In this document: one piece after another, positions 12,150-23,712 of the stretch | Layout of the letters: every line of letters begins with the position of its first letter | Position numbering within the stretch: position 1 is the stretch's first letter | DNA from: Macrostomum lignano | Lineage: Eukaryota | Reading direction: 5' to 3' | Assembly: GCA_002269645.1 (NCBI GenBank) | Contig: NIVC01000143.1 | Location: 372,001-436,000 of the forward strand | Length of the DNA: 64,000 nt | Made by a program: the position numbers and the translations under genes | Notes under the pieces: model-generated | Seen by the model: only the letters and a program-made list of their open reading frames with translations | What the model was told of the DNA's origin: nothing | Database searches by the model: none

Positions 12150-12720
12150 TGATACAGTGCCGCGCTGTAATCTCGCTCGTTGCCGAAACACGAAGGCCGT
12201 CCGTCAGCATCCATGGCTCTGCGTTGTATAGTGCGACGGTCTCGACCACCGCCTGGAACATCGCCACTCTCAGGCGGTCAGATGGGGCCTCAGACTTCAG
12301 GACAACCCTCACAGACCGAAAGGGGCAGCTCAAGAAAGTCCACGGCGACGCTGTGCAAATCCTCGCAGACACCGGAAACCGGAATGCAGAGGGTAGATGA
12401 ACTGTAAGCTTTGGTTTGGTCAGAGACCTCATTCACCTGTCATCTGCGCCTCGGCACAACCTTTCAGCCTCGACGTCATCCAGCACGCAGAGCACGACGG
12501 CCTTCTGCAGCCAGTTTGAGCAGAATCGCTTAAGCCATACTGCGACGAACTTATCAGCTATCGTTGTGATTCGAACGCTATCGAGAAGTAATAGTCTTTC
12601 AATCCGATAGTTTTGTTCGCACCTGAATCGTAGCGTATGGAGGACTGCAACGCCATTCAGTCTAAAGCAATTGTGCAGAACCGTTTGGCTGGATATTGGC
12701 ATCATTTTAATGATTCTTGC
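12150..12720 (-). mobile_element. Degenerate RTE-like LINE RT fragment
   Basis: Minus strand reads AMFQAVVETVALYNAEPWMLT, resembling the LF...VE.VLLYG.ETWTL segment of RTE-type RT. A paralogous copy lies at 24330-24900. Confidence 0.6.
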
Positions 12721-13029
12721 AGCCAACGGCAGCACAATGTCTACTCAATAAATATTGTTAACAACTGAATATAGGGGAATTCGGCATGAACAGGAGCATT
12801 AAGATCTGTATTTGTAAGACTGTAATTCTTTAGAACAACTGTTTTTTAGAATTGGCAGTAGCTAAAGTGTGGGGTTGTCTAGATCGCATCAATAAGAGAC
12901 CATTTAAAAATTATATTAACCTTTTTAAAATGCTTCGTATTAAAAGCTGGCATAAGTAAAGCCTGGATGAAGTTCTCTTTTTGCGCATCTGACTGCACAT
13001 AAGTGTACACTGCTGTTGATAAACTGTAG

Positions 13030-13333
13030 TAATATTAATGGATTACACCTGCCCTAATTTTCACATGTGCAACCAACAGCTTAGCCATAGCAATTGCGCG
13101 GCGTATCTGAAGGCTGCGTACGACTCTTCAGACGAAGGATTGGTGGACCGCCACACTCAGCCTCATTTACCTTAGCTAATGCTGGCACCCATTTACAGCA
13201 GGGTAAATTGAAGCAATGCAGAGATAAGTTAAGTGTCTTATTCAAGCACACAATTAGTTCCGAGTGGGTCTAGAATCGAACCCCCGATCTTTCAGTCATG
13301 AGTCCGCCGCTTTAACCACTAGGCTACAACCCC
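13030..13333 (-). mobile_element. tRNA-derived SINE
   Basis: Head GGGGTTGTAGCCTAGTGGTTAAAGC (A box) and GGTTCGATTC (B box), shared core TTGCTTCAATTTACCCTGCTGTAAATGGGTGCCAGCATTAGCT, AT-rich tail. Related copies at 25240, 54090 and 58617. Confidence 0.85.
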
Positions 13334-13635
13334 AGTTCAATTTTATTTACACGATTTCACAAGTTGGCAAAGCAGAAACTGCAGAAAGACTATGTACACA
13401 CTTTTACGCCTTCTGTACAAAATCTTATCTACAAAAAACACCAACCTCTCTCCCTCCGTCTGCTGTCTGCGTGCAATTCTGGGTCAATTTTGATCGTTTT
13501 CTGCAAAAGCTTGTACAGTCCTTTACCCCAAATCTAAACGTATTCATGGAAGAGGAGAGAATGTTTTATTTCACTATCTTGCAGAAGGTTGATCATATAA
13601 AACAGTTTTTTCATATGTTTCAGTAAAGTCTCCGC

Positions 13636-13861
13636 CAAGGACTACTTAAGTAGAAGGACGCTGCACTCCCGAATGGTGTAGATTTTTTTGAAGGCCATTT
13701 TTCAAAATGCTGTTATTTTTATTTTGCAAGCCATTGAAGATGAAAATCGTGAATTTTTTGTATCTCGTTAATGTATTTTTCGGCGAAAATTGGCCTTCAA
13801 AAAAAATTACACGAACCGCGAGTGCAGCGTCCTTCTATAAACGATACTTAAGTAGTCCTTG
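13636..13861. mobile_element. 226-bp hAT MITE, about 60 bp upstream of the NHL-1 ATG
   Basis: Perfect 17-bp TIR CAAGGACTACTTAAGTA plus inner inverted repeats; exact 8-bp TSD GTCTCCGC (13628-13635, 13862-13869); the paralogous site near 25797 is empty. Confidence 0.93.
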
Positions 13862-13929
13862 GTCTCCGCTCAGGCATAAATACGGAAGAAGCCCTTCACA
13901 GCTCAGCAGCTAAAATCTCAGCATTAAAA

Positions 13930-15486
13930 ATGTCGTCAGACGCGAACGCCACTCAGTGCAGCATCAGAGCATGCAATAAATCGATCCACGATGAGGGACC
14001 CCGCACCGGAGTGTCTCTGTGCAGAGTTCACTTCGACAAGGAGGTGCTTTAGCTCACTGAGCAGAAGGACATCCTGATGAAGAAGCTGCGCGCTCTTAGG
14101 GACTTCTCAGACACGTCGCAGCTGCGAGTTGAGCAGAGCGCGCTAGCAGCAGAGATCGAGGACGTTAGAGAGATGTTCGACGAGCTGGAGGAGGAGCTGC
14201 GACAGTGGCGGCAGCGGACAGAGGCTCGAGTGCAGGCGGTGCACGACTCGGTAGCTGATCACCTGAGAGACGCGTCGGAGGCGGAGCAGTGCGAGAAGGA
14301 CCTGACGGCTGCTTCCGAGGCTGGAGACGTGCGGGAGATGGCGAAGCTTGCAGCCACCACCGAGCTGTGGCTGGAAGAGGCCAGCGAGCGATCGGCGAAG
14401 TTTAACGAGACTCGTTTGAAGCTGCGCGAGCGGCAAAGCTCGGTGAGTCATGGACTCAGTAGTGATGTGGTCGTTCGGTCCGTCGGAGACGTCGCGGCAG
14501 GAGTGCAGCAGCTGAAGCTCGTCATCAACAAGCATATGACTAGCGTGATGCAGCAGTGCTGGCTTGAAGATGAAGATGGACAGACTTCGACCAACAGGTC
14601 AATGACTACAATTGACAAACTTGAAGATCAACCATGTCTCTTGTGTTGCTGCTCAAACACTGCTGGATTTGTCTGCGACTCAGCAGGTCGCATTGCAAAG
14701 GCTGGACCATCGAGCTCTGGCACCAAGCCGCTGCCTCAACCGAGCATCTTTATTTCATTTGACGAGAAAAAAGTAGATTATTTGCAGGTGGTGTCTCTCG
14801 ATGGAAGCGAGAGGCTGGAGTACCACTCAAAACTGAACTGGAGAGAATTTATCACCGGACTTCACTGCGACAATGAGAAGCAGATGCTGTTTGTGAGCCA
14901 GTATCGGTCTGTGACAGTTTCTGACCTGAGCGGAGAAATTACTCGAATAATCACGGCAGAGAGCCTGGGCCTGAGTGCTTTAGGAGTTCATGCCATTTGC
15001 GGGAACATGGACAAACTGTTTGTGTCAAATATGAACTTAAAAGGTGTTAATTTAGTCAGCAAAAAGTCCGGAAATCTCGAGAGCTCACTTGACGTTTCAC
15101 ATCTTGGTGACAATTTGGACGAGATCGCCCTACACGGAAGCAAGATTTTGCTGGTAGATAATAGTCTCGGCAAGATTCGTAAAATATGCTCCATCAACGG
15201 TCAGCTGATCTCGGGTTATCCTGCCGAAGCCGATAGCAGATTGATCCGGCCTGTTCAAGTCGCTGTGGACAGCAGAGGTGTTCTGTTCGTCACAGATGCT
15301 GTGAATAACACAGTTTGTGCGTTTTTATGCTCGGGAGAACTTCTTCAGACTTTTGGCGGGATACGGCAAGAAGAAAGTTTTTTTTCAAAACCCTTTGGTT
15401 TGATTGTTGTGCAGTCAGAATCAGGTGAGTTGCTAGTTGTTGCCGATTGTCATAATAGTTGTCTGCGAGTCTTCCCGTTGGATTAA
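13930..15486 (+). pseudogene. Zn-motif/coiled-coil/NHL (TRIM-like) gene copy 1, with a premature TAG at codon 41; pseudogene or N-truncated gene restarting at Met50
   Basis: ATG at 13930 is colinear with the copy-2 start. TAG at 14050-14052 replaces AAG of copy 2. A 469-aa ORF (14077-15486) remains open, with NHL repeats (PVQVAVDSRGVLFVTD, KPFGL.V...LVVAD..N.CLRVF). Confidence 0.8.
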
Positions 15487-15914
15487 AAAGCCAACGAACA
15501 AACCTATAAATCAAGGATCATTGATACTCTATTGGAATTTAAAATTTCCGTGAAAATTTCTAACATTTTTGTTTATTCTTTTAGAACTATTGTGTTGCAG
15601 AAGCAAGCTAAATTAAGACTTTGAAATGCAACGCTCCTATTATAGCCATTTATGTATAATTTGCTTGATGTGCTACATATTTTAGTGCCGATATTCAGTA
15701 TTCTTATTCTTAAAGACGCGACTAGATATCTTATTTATCATAGCATAATACAGTAATGAATTACCATCCAGTTCAAAACTTCTTTCTGATAAATAATGCG
15801 GATCTGACTTATTGTTTAATCTGTTTTTTGAAAATTTTAATATTAATTACAATGTGTTCTGGTCATTACTTTAAAAATTAAAAACACAGAAATTAATCTA
15901 CTATATACTATCAT

Positions 15915-16014
15915 TTCGATAACCGTTATCGGTTATCGTTATCGCCCTTAACGTTATCGCCTTAACGTTATCGATTAACGTTATCGCCCTTAACGATAAC
16001 GTTATCGACTCCTG
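15915..16014. mobile_element. Terminal fragment of a DNA transposon with GATAAC/GTTATC subterminal repeats
   Basis: Clustered CGTTATCG/GATAAC motifs end in GACTCCTG (reverse complement CAGGAGTCGATAAC). The other end was not found. Confidence 0.5.
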
Positions 16015-16320
16015 TAGCAAAGAAAACAAATTGAGCATTCTCGAGGCTATGTACATCAAGGCTCAGAAACCAAGTTTGAACAGCCAGTTAGCCATGGGGG
16101 GTGCAAGCCGCCAACTCAATGTGTTTTAGCTACGTTGGCAGTCTCGTTGAACTTTATTTAGGTTTTCTTTCTCTTGCTAACCGGACTGGACTGAAATTGA
16201 TTTGCACTTGCATTGTACAGTCTTCATTTCTTAAATAAAATATATAACTTGGTTCTGTGTGATTAATTGACGCGTCTGCCCTGAAGATGAAGATGAAGAT
16301 GAAGATGAAGATTTTGAGTT
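16013..16320 (+). mobile_element. Penelope-like element 3' fragment (GIY-YIG endonuclease C-terminus and 3' flank)
   Basis: 16013-16129 translates to CSKENKLSILEAMYIKAQKPSLNSQLAMGGASRQLNVF*, like the L.ILE..YI....PSLN.Q end of Penelope ORFs. It is followed by CCCTGAAGATG and a (GAAGAT)n run. Confidence 0.7.
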
Positions 16321-16598
16321 TGCTCTACTTAATTGTTGTTAAGCGAGCAACCCTACCCGATTTTGGCACTATCACGAGCGCTAAGCCTTGCAGATTTGAA
16401 TAACTTTTTGTGTCTTTTAGTGACTTAGCGACTTTAACTATTTTTGGACTAAATTGGAATCTCGGCTTGGGTCTGCTCGTGCAATTAACAAACTTGACGG
16501 CCAACCCTCAAAGCACATTAAAGTGTACATACCTTACCTAACGATAAATAAAGTTACGGCCGCTGTACACTCCTATGTGAGTATGTGTGACTCAGGGG

Positions 16599-17449
16599 CA
16601 GTGTTGGGCAAGTTACTCAAAAAAAGTAACTTGCGTTACTGTAACTTAAGTTACCAATTTTTAAAAAGTAACTTACGTTAGCCTAGTAACTTTAGACTAA
16701 AACCTGGTAACTTTTAAGTTACTGTCCGTTATTCACTTCCGTTACCCATGTTATTAACAAAATTTTCTGCTTTTTTCACATTGCACATTTTTTCACATTG
16801 TTGTTACCGAAATTTGCCATTGGGCATTGGGATTAACCGATTAACAGACAGAGACAGGAATTGGCGACACGATGTGAGGCAAATAGAAGGACCAATGGGC
16901 AATGGCAATCAATAATTGAAATTATAAATTATAAAATAAACGAATATCAATAATTCAACAGAGTAAAATAAATAGAACTGTATAAAATGGTGTAGTGTAC
17001 TGCAGTGCCAGTGGAGGGACTTGTGGAGGCTAAAGATGAATTTCTTTCTTTGGTTGTTTGTTTGAATCAAACTTGAAAATTTTTAGTAACGAAAATGAAA
17101 AGCGAAAATATTTTACCGAAATTAACAAAGTAAAACATGTTTCAAGTATTTCTTCATTAATTAAGCGCAAAACCATATGATACTATTCACTTAATTTTGA
17201 ATTTAGGAATGAAAAATGCAAAAACATGTGACAACCGGCGTAATAGCTAAGAATTTCAGTTTTCAAACTGAATTTCAAATTTAAATATTGCGATTGTTGC
17301 AAAGTAACTGTAACGGACTTCCGAAATTTGAGTAACTTCCGTTACTCCGTTACTAAAATAAAAAAGTAACTTGCGTAAGGAACGCTTTACGAAAAAGTAA
17401 CTTGCGTTACCATTTGCAAGTTACTCGGTAACGGAAGTGCCCAACACTG
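16599..17449. mobile_element. 851-bp non-autonomous hAT transposon
   Basis: TIR CAGTGTTGGGCA...TGCCCAACACTG; many GTAAC/GTTAC subterminal motifs; exact 8-bp TSD CTCAGGGG; a single CTCAGGGG at the paralogous site near 28206. Confidence 0.95.
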
Positions 17450-17486
17450 CTCAGGGGAGTCGGCGGAATGGGCAGTAATGCTTTTC

Positions 17487-18681
17487 CGTAAAGACGGTCT
17501 CTGACTGTTTTTACCCTGGCTGCCTCTCTGGTAGCTTGTCTTAGGGTTGTGCGCAATCCGATTGACCTGGCTTATGCTAGCCCAATTAACTAAGGGTCCG
17601 CCCCGGAGGGGCTGTGCCTGTTCTAAAAATAACCCAACCATTTTTTTTTCGTACATTCCAATTTTATTGGCCCTCGGCCTTGGGTTAGGGGGGTGTACCT
17701 GGAGTGAGTGTGTACTCTGGACTGCACTGTGGCTAGAACGGGACTGAGCCCCCCGGTCTTACCCGCCCTGCAGGAGAAAATGACCATTCACGAAGGTGTA
17801 CGGTAGAGCCTAGTTGATGCCAGCCCTGAGGCTGAGCCCCGGGTTGCAGGTTTGCAATACGCCTGCTTGTAGGATTCAGGTGCTCCTCCTTTCTGCCATT
17901 CTTTTTTCTGGGCTGGCATCCCAGCGCGGTTTTATCCCTTTGCTTTAATGCTTTTATTCTTCTATCTGGCCATTAGTTTGCCTTCCAATCTTTGGAGTTA
18001 TGAGCTCTGCCCTCCCTGCCCGGTCCATCCTGCTCTGTCCTTGGTCCATCTGCTGGCTCCTCTGATTGTCTCCCTGCCTAAGTGTCTCTGGCTCTCATCC
18101 TGACAGTGGATTGGTGTCCTGGGAAGGATGTTCGTCCCGAATCGGGGATACCAGCTGAGACCGGGTCCTCTTGCTCCTTGTGCCCCTTCCCGACCCCTTG
18201 GCCTGGCCTCCAATATAGAGCTGGATAGGCGATACCCCTTGTGGCTTGCAGCCCTATAGGTTTTTTGGTCGCTAGCCTGATAGGAGACTCGCCCTCGGAT
18301 ACAAGCCTTCCAGACTCGCTCCAATTGTTAAGCCTTTCCAAGACTTCTGGGTTTCCCCGCTCTTGGACGGCTTTCAGTAGTATACCAAACATTTTCAATT
18401 CCAATTCTGTTTTTGAAGCGCACTCCCGAGGACTTGTCTGCTGGGTGGTGGCCTGGGTGGATTCGGTCCTAGCACCGTCCCTGATTCCACTTTTGGGTTG
18501 GCGGTGTCTTGTACCATAGGCTTGGGCTAGTAGCTCCAAAAATTCCCCCTGGCCAATACGTCGGGGTCCAATCAGGAGGGTATCTCGGGCTTAGGCCCCT
18601 GGAGGTGCCCCTCAGCGGCAGAGCCCTCCCCTGGGCTGATCCGCGGGTAGCCCCCGGCTTCCCACCCTCGTTTAACACAAC
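17487..18681 (-). mobile_element. 1195-bp GC-rich insertion of unknown class with a 10-bp TSD
   Basis: Flanked by AATGCTTTTC (17477-17486, 18682-18691) and absent from unit 2 near 28235. No TIRs. The minus strand has AATAAA (17668-17663) followed by A9 (17649-17641). Confidence 0.75.
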
Positions 18682-18962
18682 AATGCTTTTCGCCGGTTGT
18701 GTGACAATGTCGCTTAAAGTGCGCCAGGGTGCACACAACCCTGCTTTTAACTAGTAGCATCCTAATCTTCTGCAAATTAGAATCATTGCACATGTAGCGA
18801 CATATTACTTAAACACGCAACGAGGATAACACAACTGATCATATTCAGATGCTGCCATCACCAATCAAGATTGAGGAATTTCGGGTCGAAACTATCTCAT
18901 TCGCCCTCGGTCACGACAGCCAGTAGCAGCGCTTCCTCAATCATAATTAGACAACCTATTCG

Positions 18963-18971
18963 TATATAAAA
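18963..18971 (+). promoter_or_regulatory. TATA box of peptide gene copy 1
   Basis: TATATAAAA about 75 nt upstream of the ATG; TATAAAA is conserved at 28540-28546 in copy 2. Confidence 0.6.
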
Positions 18972-19044
18972 GAGACATCATTTTAAATAGTCATGACTTT
19001 TATTGCCAACGAATCTGCTTAGTTCTCTAAGTTAATTAAACACA

Positions 19045-19379
19045 ATGAGCGGCAAAGTAATCTTTGTGTTGCTGATCATTATCTTAGCTCTGACTGGTGT
19101 CAGCCGATCAATGCGATTACCAGCGTCTGAAGATTCTGTAAGTACCTCCGCCTTATAGCAGCGTTGACCTGGCTACAGCCAATAGTTGTTTAAAATTAAA
19201 AGCCGGAAAATTTCCAGCAGCCACCATCGGAGCTGAATGATTTTCTCCGCGTCATCCTGGCTGAGGCCCGAGCCAGACTGGGCGGTAATTTCGCCGACAA
19301 GAGGTCTGGCGAGAAGTCGTCGCGCTACGGTCGCTGCAGCGGAGTGTACCATCCGGTGGCGTGCTTCGGAGTGCAGTGA
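19045..19379 (+). CDS. Secreted prepropeptide (neuropeptide/toxin-like precursor), copy 1, 84 aa, 2 exons
   Basis: Exons 19045-19137 and 19218-19379, with an 80-bp phase-0 GTAAGT...TTTCCAG intron. Protein: MSGKVIFVLLIIILALTGVSRSMRLPASEDS-QPPSELNDFLRVILAEARARLGGNFADKR-SGEKSSRYGRCSGVYHPVACFGVQ*. TATA upstream, AATAAA at 19526-19531. Frame and splice sites are conserved in copy 2. Confidence 0.85.
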
Positions 19380-20261
19380 TTTGACCTGCTCGACTACGTC
19401 ACAAGCCTATCTTGAGCCATGCCTCGATTAAACTGAACAGAACACTACAAAAGTTCAGTTGTGCATTTGCCAACTGTAGTGCCGAAATAGACGGGAACTT
19501 ACAATATCACCAGTTGATAATTTTTAATAAACGCAATCGCAATTGAAAAAAAGGAAATTACGAGCCTACTCGTATATGCAGACAGTTTCATTATATAGTG
19601 ATTTAGTGTTTTTACTGCGATTGGTATAAAATCGATCAAAGACCACAAGAAGATACTGTTTGATTAGGACGTACATGTAAAACTCGAATTTAATGGAATT
19701 AGCTTCCACTACCACCAAGCAAAGAACAGAACAAGGAACATGGCAAATAGCTGGCGTAACCAGAACAGAAAGGACAAAAGCCTTCTTCTCAAAGCCAAAC
19801 CAAAAAGCAACAAGCAGAAGAAAGAAAACTAGCAAGAGCCGCTGTTAAAAGAGAAGAGATTCGCCGCATTCTGGCCGACCCGGGGTGGGCACGGCTTCGC
19901 AGGCACTACTTGCACTGTTGGTCTTGGCAGACGACTGCAGCTAGCGGGTGTGATAACGGGTCAAAGCGGGTGCATGGCCAGGTGCTAGTGCCGGCAACAG
20001 TACTCTGTGCATTTTGACGAACTGGTTAGTTTTCCCATAGAAAAGGAAGTGAGTAGTAGTACTTCTTCATACTTTGCTAGCGAGCTCAAACGCAGCTGAG
20101 GCGGATAATTGACGTGCCTTCTCACTGGACATCTTGAACAATTCCCTTCAGGCGCACAAACTTGACATTACAGTCTCACCAAAATCTTCTGCGGCTGGAG
20201 TGCCTTAATTGTAGTCGCATGATTTTCTTCCGGTTATATATATGTGTAACCATCTAGATTA

Positions 20262-20470
20262 TAGGGGTCGGCAAATTCCGGCTCGCGGACCCGCCAAGCC
20301 TCGCTATGCGGCCCTCTCAAGGCCGGCTTGTGTCTATTCTCAGCTCTCTTTCCTCTATAATTTCCTCTCGCTTTTCTTCTCCCTTCTCTTCTCTGGTCTC
20401 CTCTCCTCTCCTCTGTTTTCTCCTCTCCTCTCTTCTCCCTTCTCACCTCTCCTCTCCTCTACGAGCTTAT
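20262..20470 (+). mobile_element. Charlie-like hAT MITE 5' part with CT-rich interior
   Basis: TAGGGGTCGGCAAATTCCGGCTCGCGG head shortly after ATCTAGAT, followed by CTCTC-rich sequence. Confidence 0.65.
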
Positions 20471-20997
20471 GACTGGGTTTTTGTCCCGAGCAGCAGGTGC
20501 AGCACCCAAACGCCGCTTCCATAGGATCTGGGATAGGGACTTCTTGGACAAAGAAGAACAATAATTAAGTAGATGAGCTCTGAACGGGTACCTAATATCC
20601 ATGTGTTGATTAATTTTCATTTATTCATACTTTTTTCCAGTTGCTGCAGTATCAAATTGACAATAATCGAATGTACAGATTGCAGACTGCTCATAGTCAC
20701 AGACGTATCCTTCTTGTGTTTAAATGTTGCTAAATGCATGGTACATGCACTTTCGAGAGCCTATATAGAATAGAAGAATGTAAATGAGTCAGTCCCATGA
20801 GTGAGTGAGAGGAGGACCCAAATAATTTAGCTTATTTTTTTATTCCAATAATTTAGGGATTTGCATTTATAGTGATCCTCGATTTTCAGCTTAGGTTAAG
20901 GAGTGAATCCTACAAATTAGTCACGATGTGGTTTTTTCTGGATCTACTTTTAGGTGTTTTTCCGGTTATACAGGGGTGGGGGTGCATCCATCTCGAT

Positions 20998-21628
<631 letters not shown>

Positions 21629-22190
21629 ATCTATACGAGGTAGATTATTGATAATCATGGGTTTGATTTTAACTCAGACCAGCGGATTGTTCAGGCGCTA
21701 AAATTGTTCCTTAGGAATTGTGGCGCCAAAATAATTTTCAAAGAAAATGACGGTAAAATCAAGAAGGTCAAGACATACGCACCATGCTTTCAAATTTTTA
21801 AACCGTCAAAACACTTCAGTTTAGAGAATCCTGAAGTAGACCAACAAAGGGGCACTAATTTGAAAAAGGCAATCCTCATTAGCCAATATTCAGTATTAAA
21901 AAAAAATTGATTCAATTTATTTGTTAAAATTTTAACCATATTGAAATAAGGCAAAATGAATAAAATCAAAATGAAAAAACAACAATTAGCTAATGAAATT
22001 ATATAAAAATGACTACAAAACCAAATTTGCAGACAAATAAATAAATCTTCTGAATTAAAAAACCTCACGGAACTCCGTTTGATTTTACTTTGGCAAAAAA
22101 CTGAAAATAATTTCGTCAAAAAAGTCAGTCATTTACACGCACAACATGCAATATAATACTTAGGTTACAACAAAGGTTTTTTTATTACGT

Positions 22191-22668
22191 CAGGGGCCAG
22201 ACAGAGAACCTAGTGCATGACTGCGGGGCAGCGAAGAGAGGATAGAGGGAATAGAGAAAAGAGATAGAATAAAGTGGACAAGAGGAGAGAAGAGATGACG
22301 CGAAAGGAGAGAAGATAAGTAAGAGGAGATAAGAAAAGAGAGGAGAGAGGAGACGAGAGAAAAGATGGAGAGAGGAGGCAGGAGAAAAGAGAGAGGAGAG
22401 AAGAAAAGAGAGAGGAGAAGAGAGAGGAGAAAAGAGAGAGGAGATGGAGAGGAGAGAAAAGGAAGGAGAGAAGAGGTGGAGAGGGGAGAGGAGAGAAGAG
22501 GAGAGGTGAGAGGCAGAGAAGACAAGAGAGAAGAGAAGGAGATAAGAGAAGAGAAAGAGAAGAGAGCTGAAAAGACACAAACCTTAAGCGAGCTGGATCA
22601 CTATGGTGAAATTCCAAAGGACCCAAGGGCCGCATGTGGCCCGCCGGCTGGAGTTTGCCGAGCCCGTG
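22191..22668 (-). mobile_element. Same hAT MITE family, minus orientation, GA-rich interior
   Basis: Ends GGCCGCATGTGGCCCGCCGGCTGGAGTTTGCCGAGCCCG; starts GGCCAGACAGAGAACCTAGTGCATG. Confidence 0.75.
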
Positions 22669-22753
22669 ATTACAGTGGTAAATTCCTAAATAAGCACTAA
22701 AACAATTTGATAATTTTATGTTTGCTGTCAATTATTTTCAGTTTTAACTTATG

Positions 22754-23086
22754 CTACAGTCTAGCCGAGACCGGATCCAGCTCTTCCCGAAACAGTTGAA
22801 TAATTCTGCACCAGCTGTCTACCTGAGCCTCGTGATGCTGTTTTGAATTGCCGCCATAGTCCATGTTCAAGCCATAGAGTCCGTGATAGCACAGCGGGGT
22901 GCAGGGGCTGATTGGCGGCTCTAGCAGGTGACCCGAACCTGGATAGGCCACGTGATCAACTCGACGCTGTCCGTTAGATCTTCGAATTCGAGCAGCCAGA
23001 CGCGCTCCGGTGTCCACAGGCATTGAGTAGTCATCGAGGCTGGATAGGAACAGAAACCTGCAGGTGGACTTTTCCACAGGTAGCTC
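22754..23086 (-). other. Orphan but intact duplicate of ACOT-C terminal exon (possible alternative last exon or pseudo-exon)
   Basis: Differs at 6 of 333 nt from 33373-33705. Same acceptor (tggcag|GAG), open frame, stop and ARL terminus. No exon 1 or 2 copy lies upstream; the adjacent intron minisatellite is cut at about 23710. Confidence 0.85.
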
Positions 23087-23182
23087 CTGCCATGGAGATT
23101 TTGAATAAGGTGATGGGAAGTTTTTGTCAATGATCCTGACCAATTAGATCTTGAAAATAAAAACTGTTGGAAAACGTGTCAA

Positions 23183-23420
23183 TCCAGACTGGTAATTTTG
23201 CTTAGCAGCAATACTAAAAATGCCGCACCCGGCCCCAAACCAAGCAGCCCATTCCGCTGATTCCTGGGCACATACAGGCTAAGCCAATTCTGTACGCTGG
23301 CACGCACTCACACGGGGTGCACAGCGGACCTTTGACTTTCTAATCAAGTCAGGCATGTACACTCTGTGTCTTTGGGAGCTGGCCTTCATGCCTGTAAATC
23401 GCACGACAAATATTCGTAAC
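23183..23420 (-). repeat. Interspersed repeat (unclassified)
   Basis: The minus strand matches 28050-28260 and the interrupted copy at 16470-18740 (GTGTACATGCCT, CCGCTGT.CAC.CC.TGTGAGTG, CGGAATGGGC). Confidence 0.5.
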
Positions 23421-23424
23421 TTGA

Positions 23425-23712
23425 AAAATGGGGAGATGGGGTTTTTGAATGGGGAGATGGGATTTTACAAGGGGAGATGGGATTTTTGAATGGGAGATGG
23501 GACTTCAAATGGGGAGAGAGGATTTCTGAATAGGGAGATGGGGTTTTTAAATGGGGAGATGGGATTTCAAATGGGTAGATAGAATTTCAAATAGGGAAAT
23601 AGGATTTTTAATGGGAGATGGGATTTCAAATGGGAGATGGGATTTTACAAGGGGAGATGGGATTTCAAATGGGAGATGGGATTTCAAATGGGAGATGGGA
23701 TTTCAAATGGGG
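23425..23712. repeat. Truncated copy of the ACOT-C intron-2 minisatellite at the duplication junction
   Basis: GGGAGATGGGATTTCAAAT units, as in 33810-34757. Confidence 0.9.

Noticed and set aside
18855-18955. Possible hammerhead ribozyme (TTGAGGA...CGAAAC) upstream of the peptide gene; also CTGAAGA near 16290
   Set aside because: The core lacks the invariant C of CUGANGA and I could not form stem II; the 16290 motif has no downstream GAAA partner.
19566-20030. 89-aa minus-strand hydrophobic ORF and a plus-strand protein-like stretch (EERKLARAAVKREEIRRILADPGW)
   Set aside because: Neither frame is preserved in the paralogous region 29050-29500, which has indels and stops.
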